Notes under the pieces: model-generated
What the model was told of the DNA's origin: nothing
The model's database searches: none
What the model saw: only the letters and a program-made list of their open reading frames with translations
Shown: piece by piece, positions 7,870 through 16,146 of the stretch
Numbering within the stretch: position 1 is the stretch's first letter
How the letters are laid out: the number at the start of each line of letters is the position of its first letter
Assembly (NCBI GenBank): GCA_963780225.1
Contig: CAWAAX010000018.1
Span: forward strand, 1 to 24,033
Reading direction: 5' to 3'
Length of the DNA: 24,033 nucleotides
Source of the DNA: an uncultured bacterium
Lineage (GTDB): Bacteria; Edwardsbacteria; AC1; EtOH8
Program-made: the position numbers and the translations under genes

Positions 7870-9648
7870 ATGGCCCAGATCCCCGAACACATAATCGACG
7901 AGATCCGCCAGGCCAGCGATGTAGTGGACATCGTGGGCCAGTACCTGCCGTTGAAGAAGATGGGCAACACCTACAAGACCCTCTGCCCCTTCCATCAGGA
8001 AAAGACCCCCTCGTTCAACGTCAACCCCCAAAAGCAGATCTGGCACTGCTTCGGCTGCGGCAAGGGCGGCAATGTCTACACCTTTCTGATGGAGTACGAT
8101 AAGGTCTCGTTCGTGGAGGCGGTGCGCACTTTGGCCCAGAAGGCCGGCATCAAGATCCCCGAGACCCGGGCCGACTTCAAGGATGGCCAGCACGACCTGC
8201 TTTACCAAGCCAACGAGCTGGCCGCCCGCTTCTTTTCCGACAACCTGGCCGACCCCAAAAACACTTCTGCCCGGGAGTACCTGGAGAAGCGGGGCATTAC
8301 CAAGGAAACCCAGGAACTTTTCCGGCTGGGCTACGCCCCCAACGAGTGGGACGGCTTCATCAAGGCCGCCGGGCGCTCCGGCCTGTCCCTGCCCCTGCTG
8401 CAGGAATCCGGACTGATAGTGGCCCGGGAGACCGGCAGCGGCTTTTACGACCGCTTCCGCCACCGGATCATCTTCCCCTTCTTCTCCCTGGGCGGACGGG
8501 TGATAGGCTTCGGCGGGCGCAGCCTGGAACAGAGCCCCCAGGCCAAGTACCTCAACTCGCCCGAGACCCCCATCTACCACAAGGGACGGGGCTTTTACGG
8601 CTTCAGCCAGACCAAGTCGGCCGTCGGCGACGCCGGCTACGCCATCCTGGTGGAGGGCAACTTTGACCTGATAGTCCCCTTCCAGGCCGGGTTCAAAAAC
8701 ATCCTGGCCACCGCCGGAACCGCTTTGACCCCGGACCAGGCCCGGCTGCTTTCCCGTTACGCCCGGCGGGTGGTGGTATGCTACGACCCGGACAACCCCG
8801 GGCAGGCGGCCACCGAGCGGGCCATAGAGCCCCTGCTGGAGGCCGGCCTGGACGTCAAGGCCGCCCTGTTGCCTCCAAACATGGACCCCGACGCCTTCAT
8901 CCGGGAGAAGGGCGCGGAGGAATTCCGGGCCTTGATCAAAAATGCCATCAGCTTCGTGGAATTCCTGGTGATGCGGGCCAGCCTGCAGAAGGATCTCTCC
9001 CAGATCTCGGAGAAGAGCAAATTAGTGAACGACCTGGCCGGGCTGATGGTCAAGGTGGAGGACGCCGTCTCCCGGTCGCAATACGCCAGGGAAACCGCCG
9101 ATCTCTGCGGAGTGGACGAATCCCTGGTGCTGGACCTGATGCGCAAGAAGCAGGGCCTTTCTCCCAAGCAGGCGGCGGCGCCGGGCAAGGAACTGCCCCA
9201 GACCGACTGGGAGCACGAGATCTTTGTCCTGCTGCTGAAGCGCCCCCAGCTTCTGGCCGAAGTGCATGACACCCTGGCCGAAACCGGCATCGCCTCGCCC
9301 TGGCTGCAGGGAATGCTTGCCCGGCTGGAGACCCAGTACAGTCAGAGCGGCCGGATAGAAGGGGCCAAGCTGTTCGAGGACCTGGTGGACCAGGAAGAGC
9401 AGAACCGGCTGTCGGCCATCATCGCCCGCTCCCATCAGGGCGATGACACCATGGACGACGCGGACAAGGACCGCACCGTGCTTAGGGATTACCTGAAAAA
9501 ACTGAAAGAGCTTAAGCTAAAGCCCCGGATGAAGGAACTGCAGGAGCAGATCAAGGTCTCGGAAAAGGCCGGGGACCAGCAGCAGGTCAGCCAGCTGCTG
9601 GCCCAGTACCAGGAACTGCGCCAAATTTATGCTGGCAAAAAACCCTGA
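7870..9648 (+). CDS. dnaG: DNA primase
   Basis: CHC2 Zn finger CPFH.EKTPSF...HCFGC, YDRFR.RIIFP, FGGR, KYLNSPET, TOPRIM VEG.FD...GTALT...D.D..G, DPD. Confidence 0.98.
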   Translation: MAQIPEHIIDEIRQASDVVDIVGQYLPLKKMGNTYKTLCPFHQEKTPSFNVNPQKQIWHCFGCGKGGNVYTFLMEYDKVSFVEAVRTLAQKAGIKIPETRADFKDGQHDLLYQANELAARFFSDNLADPKNTSAREYLEKRGITKETQELFRLGYAPNEWDGFIKAAGRSGLSLPLLQESGLIVARETGSGFYDRFRHRIIFPFFSLGGRVIGFGGRSLEQSPQAKYLNSPETPIYHKGRGFYGFSQTKSAVGDAGYAILVEGNFDLIVPFQAGFKNILATAGTALTPDQARLLSRYARRVVVCYDPDNPGQAATERAIEPLLEAGLDVKAALLPPNMDPDAFIREKGAEEFRALIKNAISFVEFLVMRASLQKDLSQISEKSKLVNDLAGLMVKVEDAVSRSQYARETADLCGVDESLVLDLMRKKQGLSPKQAAAPGKELPQTDWEHEIFVLLLKRPQLLAEVHDTLAETGIASPWLQGMLARLETQYSQSGRIEGAKLFEDLVDQEEQNRLSAIIARSHQGDDTMDDADKDRTVLRDYLKKLKELKLKPRMKELQEQIKVSEKAGDQQQVSQLLAQYQELRQIYAGKKP

Positions 9649-9651
9649 TTT

Positions 9652-9662
9652 TGTGCTATAAT
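9652..9662 (+). promoter_or_regulatory. Extended -10 promoter upstream of rpoD
   Basis: TGTGCTATAAT, a perfect TG-n-TATAAT immediately after the dnaG stop. Confidence 0.6.
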
Positions 9663-9683
9663 CGGAAGTTTACTTAGATTCCT

Positions 9684-9760
9684 ACCACGGAAACACTGAA
9701 CAGCTGAATCACTAAGATTATTATTTATGTTGTCTGTTCCGTGTTTTCCGGTTTCCGTGT
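9684..9760. repeat. Inverted pair of 8-bp tandem arrays
   Basis: accacggaaacactgaacagctgaatcactaa (9684-9715) faces ttccgtgt tttccggt ttccgtgt (9737-9760). Confidence 0.6.
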
Positions 9761-9828
9761 TTTCGCTTACGCTGCCTGCATGCCTTCTTCAAGCGCCATC
9801 CGCTTACGCTTATATAGTTAGCCGCCGC

Positions 9829-9874
9829 GAGTGCCATAGCTTTAGCGGAGGCACTAGCTTCAGCGAAGGCACTC
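9829..9874. repeat. GCC..AGCT..AGCG.AGGC-type element with internal tandem duplication
   Basis: gagtgcc/ggcactc terminal inverted repeat; tandem 18-mers tagctttagcggaggcac and tagcttcagcgaaggcac; a relative lies at 11814-11832. Confidence 0.7.
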
Positions 9875-9956
9875 TGTGGTTGGCTGGGATAGTGATTAGT
9901 AACTTATTTTCGCGGATATATAACGGGCTTAAAAACCTGAAAGCCAAGGAGGGTCC

Positions 9957-11681
9957 ATGGACGACAAGAACGTCAAGAAAAAGATCAAGCAGATCATCAC
10001 CTACGGCAAAGCCTCGGGCTACATCACCTATGCCAAGCTCAACGAAATGCTGCCCGAAGAGGTGATCTCGGCCCAGGACCTGGAGAACTTCATCCTGATG
10101 CTGGCCCAAAGCGGGGTGGAGGTGGTGAACTCCGAGGAGGAATATAAGCAGATCAAGGAACTACGGGACAAGACCCGCTCCAAGGACGACGAGGTGGAGA
10201 CCCCGGCCGGCATCCATTATGACGACCCGGTGCGGATGTACCTTCACGAGATCGGCAAGATCCCCCTGCTGGACCGGGAACGGGAGATCGAGATAGCCAA
10301 GAAGATCGAGGAATGCCAGTACGACATCCTTAACCTGGCCTTTACCGCACCCTTCAACATGAAGGATTTCATGCACCTGGCCAAGAAGTTCCAGAAGCAT
10401 GAGCTGGCCATGGAGGAACTGGTCCAGACCGATATCGACGGCTGGATGCCCAACTACTCCTCCAACCGGGAGCGCCAGAAGATCATCCAACTTTTAAAGC
10501 GGATCCAGAAGGAATACACCCAGATAGAATACCTGCTGACCCTTAAGAACCAGGAAAAGGCCATGCCCAAGGTGGTCCAGCACCGCCAGAAGATAGCGGT
10601 CAGCCTGCTGGCCTTAAGGCTGAACCCCGATCTGCTGATCGGCATGGTCAAGAAGATCCACCAGGCCGACCACCAGATGAAGAAGCAAAAGCACATCCAG
10701 GACCGGGCCCTTCACCAGTCGGGTTTGAGCTACGAGGAGATGAAGTCCACCCTGTCGGCCTACAAGGCCGGGAAAAAACCCAAGCCCGAGATCAAGGCCA
10801 AGATGAAGGTCAACAAGGAAAAGCTGGCCGCCTTTAGGGAAGAATACGACCTGGCCGCCAAGGAAATGGACCGGATCGGCCATGAGTTTAAAATGGATCC
10901 CACCCTGGCCATGGAGCTTTCCCTGAACATCCGGCAGAAGCAGAAGGCCCGGGACGGGGCCAAGAAGGAGATGGTAGAATCCAACGTCCGGCTGGTGATC
11001 TCCACCGCCAAGCGCTACATCAACCGGGGGCTGGAGTTTTTGGACCTGATCCAGGAGGGCAATTCCGGCCTGATGCGGGCGGTGGAAAAGTTCGACTACC
11101 GCAAGGGCTACAAGTTCTCCACCTACGCCACCTGGTGGATCCGCCAGGCCATCACCCGGGCCATCGCCGACCAGGCCCGCACCATCCGGGTGCCGGTGCA
11201 CATGATCGAGGCCATCAACAAGGTCTCCAAGGCCTCGCGCAAGCTGGTCCAGGACTACGGCCGCGAGCCCACCAGCGAGGAGATCGCCGAGCACATGGAG
11301 ATGCCCTTCGAGAAGGTCCGGGCCATCATCAAGGTGGCCCAGGAGCCCATCAGCCTGGACAAGCCCATCGGCGACGACGAGGACGCGGTGTTCGGGGACT
11401 TCATCGAGGACGTCTCGGCCAAGAGCCCGGCCCGCACCGCCAACTTTTTGATGCTGCGGGACCAGATAGAGAAGGTCCTTTCCACCCTGACCAAGCGCGA
11501 GGAGCACATCGTCCGCCTGCGCTTCGGCCTGAACGACGGCTGCCCCCGCACTTTGGAGGAAGTGGGCACCATGTTCAACGTCACCCGGGAGCGGGTCCGG
11601 CAGATAGAGGTCAAGGCTTTGCGGAAACTGCGCCACCCGTCCAGGAGCAAAAGGCTGGAAGGGTTCTCCGACGTATTGTAG
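9957..11681 (+). CDS. rpoD: RNA polymerase primary sigma factor (sigma70)
   Basis: Region 1.1, DPVRMYL, non-conserved region, [65 protein letters not shown]; aaggagg SD. Confidence 0.98.
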   Translation: MDDKNVKKKIKQIITYGKASGYITYAKLNEMLPEEVISAQDLENFILMLAQSGVEVVNSEEEYKQIKELRDKTRSKDDEVETPAGIHYDDPVRMYLHEIGKIPLLDREREIEIAKKIEECQYDILNLAFTAPFNMKDFMHLAKKFQKHELAMEELVQTDIDGWMPNYSSNRERQKIIQLLKRIQKEYTQIEYLLTLKNQEKAMPKVVQHRQKIAVSLLALRLNPDLLIGMVKKIHQADHQMKKQKHIQDRALHQSGLSYEEMKSTLSAYKAGKKPKPEIKAKMKVNKEKLAAFREEYDLAAKEMDRIGHEFKMDPTLAMELSLNIRQKQKARDGAKKEMVESNVRLVISTAKRYINRGLEFLDLIQEGNSGLMRAVEKFDYRKGYKFSTYATWWIRQAITRAIADQARTIRVPVHMIEAINKVSKASRKLVQDYGREPTSEEIAEHMEMPFEKVRAIIKVAQEPISLDKPIGDDEDAVFGDFIEDVSAKSPARTANFLMLRDQIEKVLSTLTKREEHIVRLRFGLNDGCPRTLEEVGTMFNVTRERVRQIEVKALRKLRHPSRSKRLEGFSDVL

Positions 11682-11738
11682 ATCAAATATTAATGGGTCA
11701 ATAAATAAATGACCTTTTTATTAGGAGTCCCTGAAATT

Positions 11739-11767
11739 ACTTGTGGTGAGTGTGTCGAACCATGAAT
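11739..11767 (-). repeat. 29-bp dispersed repeat, copy 2 (inverted)
   Basis: acttgtggtgagtgtgtcgaaccatgaat, the exact reverse complement of 5508-5536. Confidence 0.9.
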
Positions 11768-11802
11768 ACTAAACGATCGGAACCCTGATTGATTCCTGCT
11801 TT

Positions 11803-11837
11803 CCTGCCTGCCTGCCGAAGCTGTAGCGAAGGATGGG
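11803..11837. repeat. GCC..AGCT..AGCG.AGG-type element
   Basis: cctgcctgcctgccgaagctgtagcgaaggatggg; same core as 9829-9874. Confidence 0.6.
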
Positions 11838-11909
11838 CTTCCTCATAAAATAAATTCGTTTCCCTTAGAGTGCTATGCTTCAAATTAAGTGACCTGGTTA
11901 ATAAAATTA

Positions 11910-11940
11910 AAAAACGGGCGCCGATGCGCCCGTTTTTGTT
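11910..11940 (+). terminator. Rho-independent terminator downstream of rpoD
   Basis: aaaaacgggcgc-cgat-gcgcccgttttt followed by a further T-run. Confidence 0.85.
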
Positions 11941-11943
11941 TTC

Positions 11944-11973
11944 TTGACAAATCACGGCTTTATGAAATATACT
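11944..11973 (+). promoter_or_regulatory. Sigma70 promoter of the ttcA-like gene
   Basis: TTGACA (11944-11949), 18-bp spacer, TATACT (11968-11973). Confidence 0.7.
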
Positions 11974-11982
11974 GATGACATT

Positions 11983-12777
11983 ATGGCAAACAGCTTAAAA
12001 CATACGGCTTCCTGGTCCGTTGTCTACCCCCGGGTCATCAAGGCGGTCCGCGGCTACGGACTGCTGGAGCCCGGCGACCGGATACTGGTTGCCATCTCCG
12101 GCGGCAGCGACAGCCTGGCGATGCTGGACATGCTGACCCGGATAAACGGAAAGATCGGCCGCAAGCTGGATCTTTCCTTCGTGGCAGGACATGTCCCCGG
12201 CAGTTACGGGGGAAAGGAGATCTTCCCCGCCGCCCTTTTGACGGAGATCGTTAAAGCATACGGCTTACGGCTTACAGCTTCAAGCTCGGTTTTAAAGGAC
12301 GCCGTGTTCAAGGACTGCTTCAACTGCGCCATGGCCCGGCGCAAGGCCCTGTTCGACCTGGCCGAGCGGGAGAACTGCAACAAGATAGCTCTGGGGCACA
12401 ACGCCGACGACCTGGTGGAGACCGCCCTGCTCAACATGTTCTACCAGGGGCGCTTTTCCAGCATGTCGGCCAAACAGACTGTGCTGAAAGAAAAGCTTAC
12501 CCTGATCCGGCCGCTGGCCCTGGTCTGGAAAGAGGATATTGACCGCTATGCCGGGGAACGGTTCGGCAAACAACCAAAATTCAAATGCCCCGGTGCCAAG
12601 GACTCCAAGCGGGCTTTCATCAAGGCCCTGGTTAAAAAGCTGGAAAAACAGAACCCCAAGACCAAAGCCAATGTTTTGAAGGCCATAACAAATCCCAAGA
12701 TAGATTATCTGCCAATAGTCAATGGGTCTAAGCCAGTAGAGACAGGCCTTAAAACATCGCCTTTTCAACGCAATTAA
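11983..12777 (+). CDS. ttcA: tRNA 2-thiocytidine biosynthesis TtcA-family protein (PP-loop ATPase)
   Basis: PP-loop VAISGGSDS, CFNC...RRK.LF, KIALGHN.DD..ET.LLN, LIRPL, C-terminal CP. Start moved to ATG 11983 because the TTG at 11944 is the -35 box. Confidence 0.8.
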   Translation: MANSLKHTASWSVVYPRVIKAVRGYGLLEPGDRILVAISGGSDSLAMLDMLTRINGKIGRKLDLSFVAGHVPGSYGGKEIFPAALLTEIVKAYGLRLTASSSVLKDAVFKDCFNCAMARRKALFDLAERENCNKIALGHNADDLVETALLNMFYQGRFSSMSAKQTVLKEKLTLIRPLALVWKEDIDRYAGERFGKQPKFKCPGAKDSKRAFIKALVKKLEKQNPKTKANVLKAITNPKIDYLPIVNGSKPVETGLKTSPFQRN

Positions 12778-12923
12778 TAATATTTTGGCGGTCGCTACCA
12801 CAAAACCCAAAGTCACCTCGCAGTAGAGTGAACATGGTCAATCTGTAGTTGACCTGTCTGCTTGTCTTAGTAGTGCCTGCGTCATTTCGTCCATTTTGAA
12901 ATCACGATTACTTTAATATTAAT

Positions 12924-13557
12924 ATGAGGATTACGGGGTACATGACAATATTTCGACTAACCGAAAAGACAGCTCTATTTTTTATGCTTATCCTTGCTGT
13001 CTTCTGGTCTGGATGCACGAAGAAGAATAGTGATGAAGAACAAATCCGCGTTGGGTACGAAACTGCGGATACTGCTCAAGAAAGGAAATTGCCGCATACC
13101 GCACATAGGTTCGATTTTCAGGGCTATGCTTTTGAAGTTTTACCTCCAGATGGATTTATGATGAAGGAAATGTGCTTTGATGATATGAAGCTAATTTCTT
13201 TATATCGCAAAGAAAATAGTTACAATAATTCAGCTGTTATCAACATATCGATCTATATTCCACCAAATTCTTCTGAAACGACCACATCTACCCTTGAGTC
13301 CATGCTCAAACCTTATCAAAAGCGTTGTGTGAACTATGTGCGGACAGAAAAACAGCCTTTTACAAACAATATGCTCACATTCGAAGGGGCATCTTTTACA
13401 GGGCTATTAGATACTTTTGCATTACGTGGTACAATCTATGTTACTAAAAAAGAATAGGGCAATTTTTATAATCGCTTCCAGTTACGGCCCCCAACAAGGC
13501 GAGCAGTTTAACGCTCAATACCTGGACATTGTAAAGAGTTTCAAAGTGGTGGATTGA
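12924..13557 (+). pseudogene. Putative lipoprotein, frameshifted at an A6 run (real lesion or sequencing error)
   Basis: Signal peptide with lipobox-like WSGC. The ORF stops at 13457, but removing one A from 13446-13451 continues KNRAIFIIASSYGPQQGEQFNAQYLDIVKSFKVVD to TGA 13555-13557; AT-rich. Confidence 0.6.
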
Positions 13558-13602
13558 TATCCAAAACAGTATATATAAAATTGTGAAGTTATGATTAGCA
13601 AC

Positions 13603-13670
13603 TTACTTCTTAAAAACTCGATCTCACCTTTCTTCACCTCGGCCTTCACAGTATCCCCGTCCTTGAACTC
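13603..13670 (-). pseudogene. Diverged duplicate of the clpB 3' end
   Basis: 13620-13670 matches 16186-16236 at 46/51 nt; encodes [17 protein letters not shown] versus [17 protein letters not shown]. Confidence 0.9.
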
Positions 13671-13682
13671 ATAAGGCAATGA

Positions 13683-14480
13683 CACGTTTTTCATTACAGT
13701 GAACGTCCCTTTCACCAAATTGCGAAACAACCTGTTTCGCAATTGCCGGACGTTGTTGCTCAGATAACACAAATTCCCTGGTGGCATAATATTGCGATCA
13801 TCGCCAAATGTAAAAATATTGACGAGGCTCTCTATTATGTGCAGAATACCATGGCCCACGGATGGAGCCGGAGTATACTTATACACCAGATGGAAATCGG
13901 ACTATACCGGCGAGAAGGCCATTCCGTTAATAATTTTGCACTGACGTTGCCCGCTCCACAATCCGAGCTGGCTAAACAGACCATAAAAGATCCGTATATT
14001 TTTGATTTTTTGAGCATGACCAAGGATTACAACGAGCGGGACCTAGAATCGGGACTGGTCCAGCATGTTACCCAGTTCCTGCTGGAGCTAGGTGCCGGTT
14101 TTGCTTATGTGGGAAGGCAAATACCGATCACCGTGGGAGAGAAAGAGTTTTCCCTGGATCTTCTTTTCTATCATACCCAGCTACACTGCTATGTAGTGGT
14201 AGAACTTAAGACCGGGGATTTTGAGCCCGAGCATGCCGGCAAACTCAATTTCTACCTCCGGGCGGTAGATGCTCACTTCAGCAAAGAGGGCGATCAACCT
14301 ACCATTGGCATACTGCTCTGCAAAAAGAAGGACAAAATGGTTGCCGAATATGCCCTAAGCGGCATTCATAAACCAATCGGTGTGTCGGAATATCAGCTTA
14401 CACAGTCTTTGCCCGACAATCTCAAGCCAAGCCTTCCGAGCATTGAAGAAATTGAGAGTGAATTGGAAGGGAATCTGTGA
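13683..14480 (+). pseudogene. 5'-truncated YhcG/DUF1016 PD-(D/E)xK nuclease-family gene
   Basis: IPWWHN, GWSR..L, KDPYIFDFL, ELGAGFAYVGRQ, DLLFYH..L.CYVVVELK, Y, P.IGILLC, YAL.....PIGVSEY, LPSIEEIE. The open frame begins after TGA 13680-13682 with no proper start, and the usual N-terminal region is missing. Confidence 0.8.
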
Positions 14481-14527
14481 TGAGTTCAACAGAATGGAAT
14501 ATCTGGAAAGTTGTTGGTCTATTTAAT

Positions 14528-14616
14528 AAATTGGAGAAACAAAACTTCAAGGCCAATGTCTTAAAGGCCATACCAACCCTAAGATGGATTATTTGCCTAT
14601 TGTGAGAAAGATATAG
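14528..14616 (+). pseudogene. Diverged duplicate of the ttcA 3' end
   Basis: Encodes KLEKQNFKANVLKAI/TNPKMDYLPIVRKI* (one 1-nt deletion) versus ttcA 12637-12720 KLEKQNPKTKANVLKAITNPKIDYLPIV. Confidence 0.88.
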
Positions 14617-14617
14617 G

Positions 14618-14653
14618 AAATAAAAAGCCCGGTTTTTACCGGGCTTTTTATTT
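14618..14653. terminator. Bidirectional intrinsic terminator
   Basis: Perfect 16-bp stem aaataaaaagcccggt-tttt-accgggctttttattt between convergent genes. Confidence 0.9.
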
Positions 14654-14662
14654 TTCAACATA

Positions 14663-16057
14663 TCATTTTATTTTTATTATTTTTATTATTTGTTGCTCTA
14701 CGTCTGTTTTCACTTTAACATAATAAACTCCACCCGGCAAGTTGAATCCATCATCATTTCTTCCGTCCCATTCAAATTCGCTCCGTGTCAAAGAAACCAG
14801 TCCTTTTTTAACTCTTCTACCAGTTAAATCGTAAACATCAAATGCTAATGTTTTCCCATTACTAGCGTTTACCGTTATAAGTATTTTATCTTTGAAGGGG
14901 TTAGGGTGCGTGTAAACCTCTGTCGCCTTTTTTGGGGGTGTTGCCGGTTGACCGCCAACACCTACTGGATAGCCTGCTTCGGCAAACATAATACTATAAT
15001 AATAGTTACTGGTATCTTTTGTCCAAACATAAATATCGCCTGCAACGTTGGGGAAGTATCCAATTCCCATATTAAATGGCGAACCCCAATTATAAGAGAA
15101 ATAGTAACATCTAATGTATAAAGAGCCGTATTCTTCCCAGGCCATATATGACCATGTTGTACCTACATTGGATATGACTGGATTTTCAGGTGCTTTTGTT
15201 CTACCAACAACGGTTCCCCCATTGCAACCGATTACCTGGATAGTATAACCATCACTTGAACTGTCTTTCCAGGTGACGGAAAACTCTTGATCCAGGGAAG
15301 ATGGGTTTGATAGCGATGGATAACGGGAGTCGTAGGCACTATTGCTGATATTTACAATGTTTGACCAAGCCGTATCACTGTAAACTCTTTTAAATATTTC
15401 ATAGTTGCCAGAGGTGTTGTCTTCCCAGCATACAAATATACTATTATTATAAACACCTATGGAAGGATAAAAGGATGTACCGGTATTGTTGGAAATATTA
15501 ACAGGATTGCTCCAGCTTTCATTTTGATAACGCTGGTAATATATTTCCCAATTGCCAATCGTACTATCAGCATATACGAGATGAAGATCTCCAAACCGAT
15601 CTGCGTCCAAAGACGGTAATACCGAATTACCCGTTGTTTGAGAAACATTCATAGGGGGACTCCATGTTGTGTCTTGGCGAAAAGAGTGATATATTTCCTT
15701 TTGCCCGTCTCTGGTGTCCCTCCATACTACATGGGGTATATTAGCCGTATCCAATGTTATTGCGGGACTAAAGGCATTGCCTGTAGTTTGACTAATATTT
15801 ACTGGTGATGACCATTGTGGGGGATAAATATATTTCAATAGACCAGTGACACAATAGACTTGATTCCCGGAGGAGTAAACTACGTAGATACAACTTGTGC
15901 TTATAGCGATTTTATGTCCGTTTCCATAAGCCGTGGCATATGGTGTTGTGGAGGTACCGATCTGTTGAAGCCCCAAAAGTTTATTGTAACTGCAAGGCGT
16001 CATAAGACAAGCAACCATCATGGATAAGCAAGCGTAAGCAAAACGTAATCGCTTCAT
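14663..16057 (-). CDS. Secreted repeat (beta-propeller-like) protein with C-terminal FlgD-Ig / T9SS type A-like sorting domain
   Basis: Signal peptide; four repeats WS.P.N(I/V)S..TG.S..P.(I/L)...VW.D...G..EIY; C-terminal PNPF...VYDLTGRRV...WDG.....LPGGVYYV...KIIKIK; ggaggag SD; AT-rich. Confidence 0.85.
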   Translation of the reverse strand: MKRLRFAYACLSMMVACLMTPCSYNKLLGLQQIGTSTTPYATAYGNGHKIAISTSCIYVVYSSGNQVYCVTGLLKYIYPPQWSSPVNISQTTGNAFSPAITLDTANIPHVVWRDTRDGQKEIYHSFRQDTTWSPPMNVSQTTGNSVLPSLDADRFGDLHLVYADSTIGNWEIYYQRYQNESWSNPVNISNNTGTSFYPSIGVYNNSIFVCWEDNTSGNYEIFKRVYSDTAWSNIVNISNSAYDSRYPSLSNPSSLDQEFSVTWKDSSSDGYTIQVIGCNGGTVVGRTKAPENPVISNVGTTWSYMAWEEYGSLYIRCYYFSYNWGSPFNMGIGYFPNVAGDIYVWTKDTSNYYYSIMFAEAGYPVGVGGQPATPPKKATEVYTHPNPFKDKILITVNASNGKTLAFDVYDLTGRRVKKGLVSLTRSEFEWDGRNDDGFNLPGGVYYVKVKTDVEQQIIKIIKIK

Positions 16058-16094
16058 GTTACTCCTCCATTACTTATTTATTGTGCTTGATGAT

Positions 16095-16123
16095 ATAATA
16101 GCCTTAAGATGTCCAAAAGTCAA
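16095..16123 (-). promoter_or_regulatory. Sigma70 promoter of the secreted-protein gene
   Basis: On the - strand TTGACT (16123-16118), 17-bp spacer, TATTAT (16100-16095). Confidence 0.6.
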
Positions 16124-16146
16124 TGTAAAAATGAGGGAGACTATTT

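Noticed and set aside
9727..10065. 112-aa ORF in the dnaG-rpoD spacer
   Set aside because: Made of repeat elements and overlaps rpoD out of frame; no RBS or protein-like features.
10614..11636. Long antisense ORFs opposite rpoD (likewise opposite serS, dnaG, clpB and 5569-6609)
   Set aside because: Shadow ORFs expected from GC-rich codon bias; no recognisable motifs.
13515..13886. 123-aa minus-strand ORF containing a ClpB-like peptide
   Set aside because: Chimeric read-through of the antisense YhcG fragment and the clpB relic; not a credible gene.
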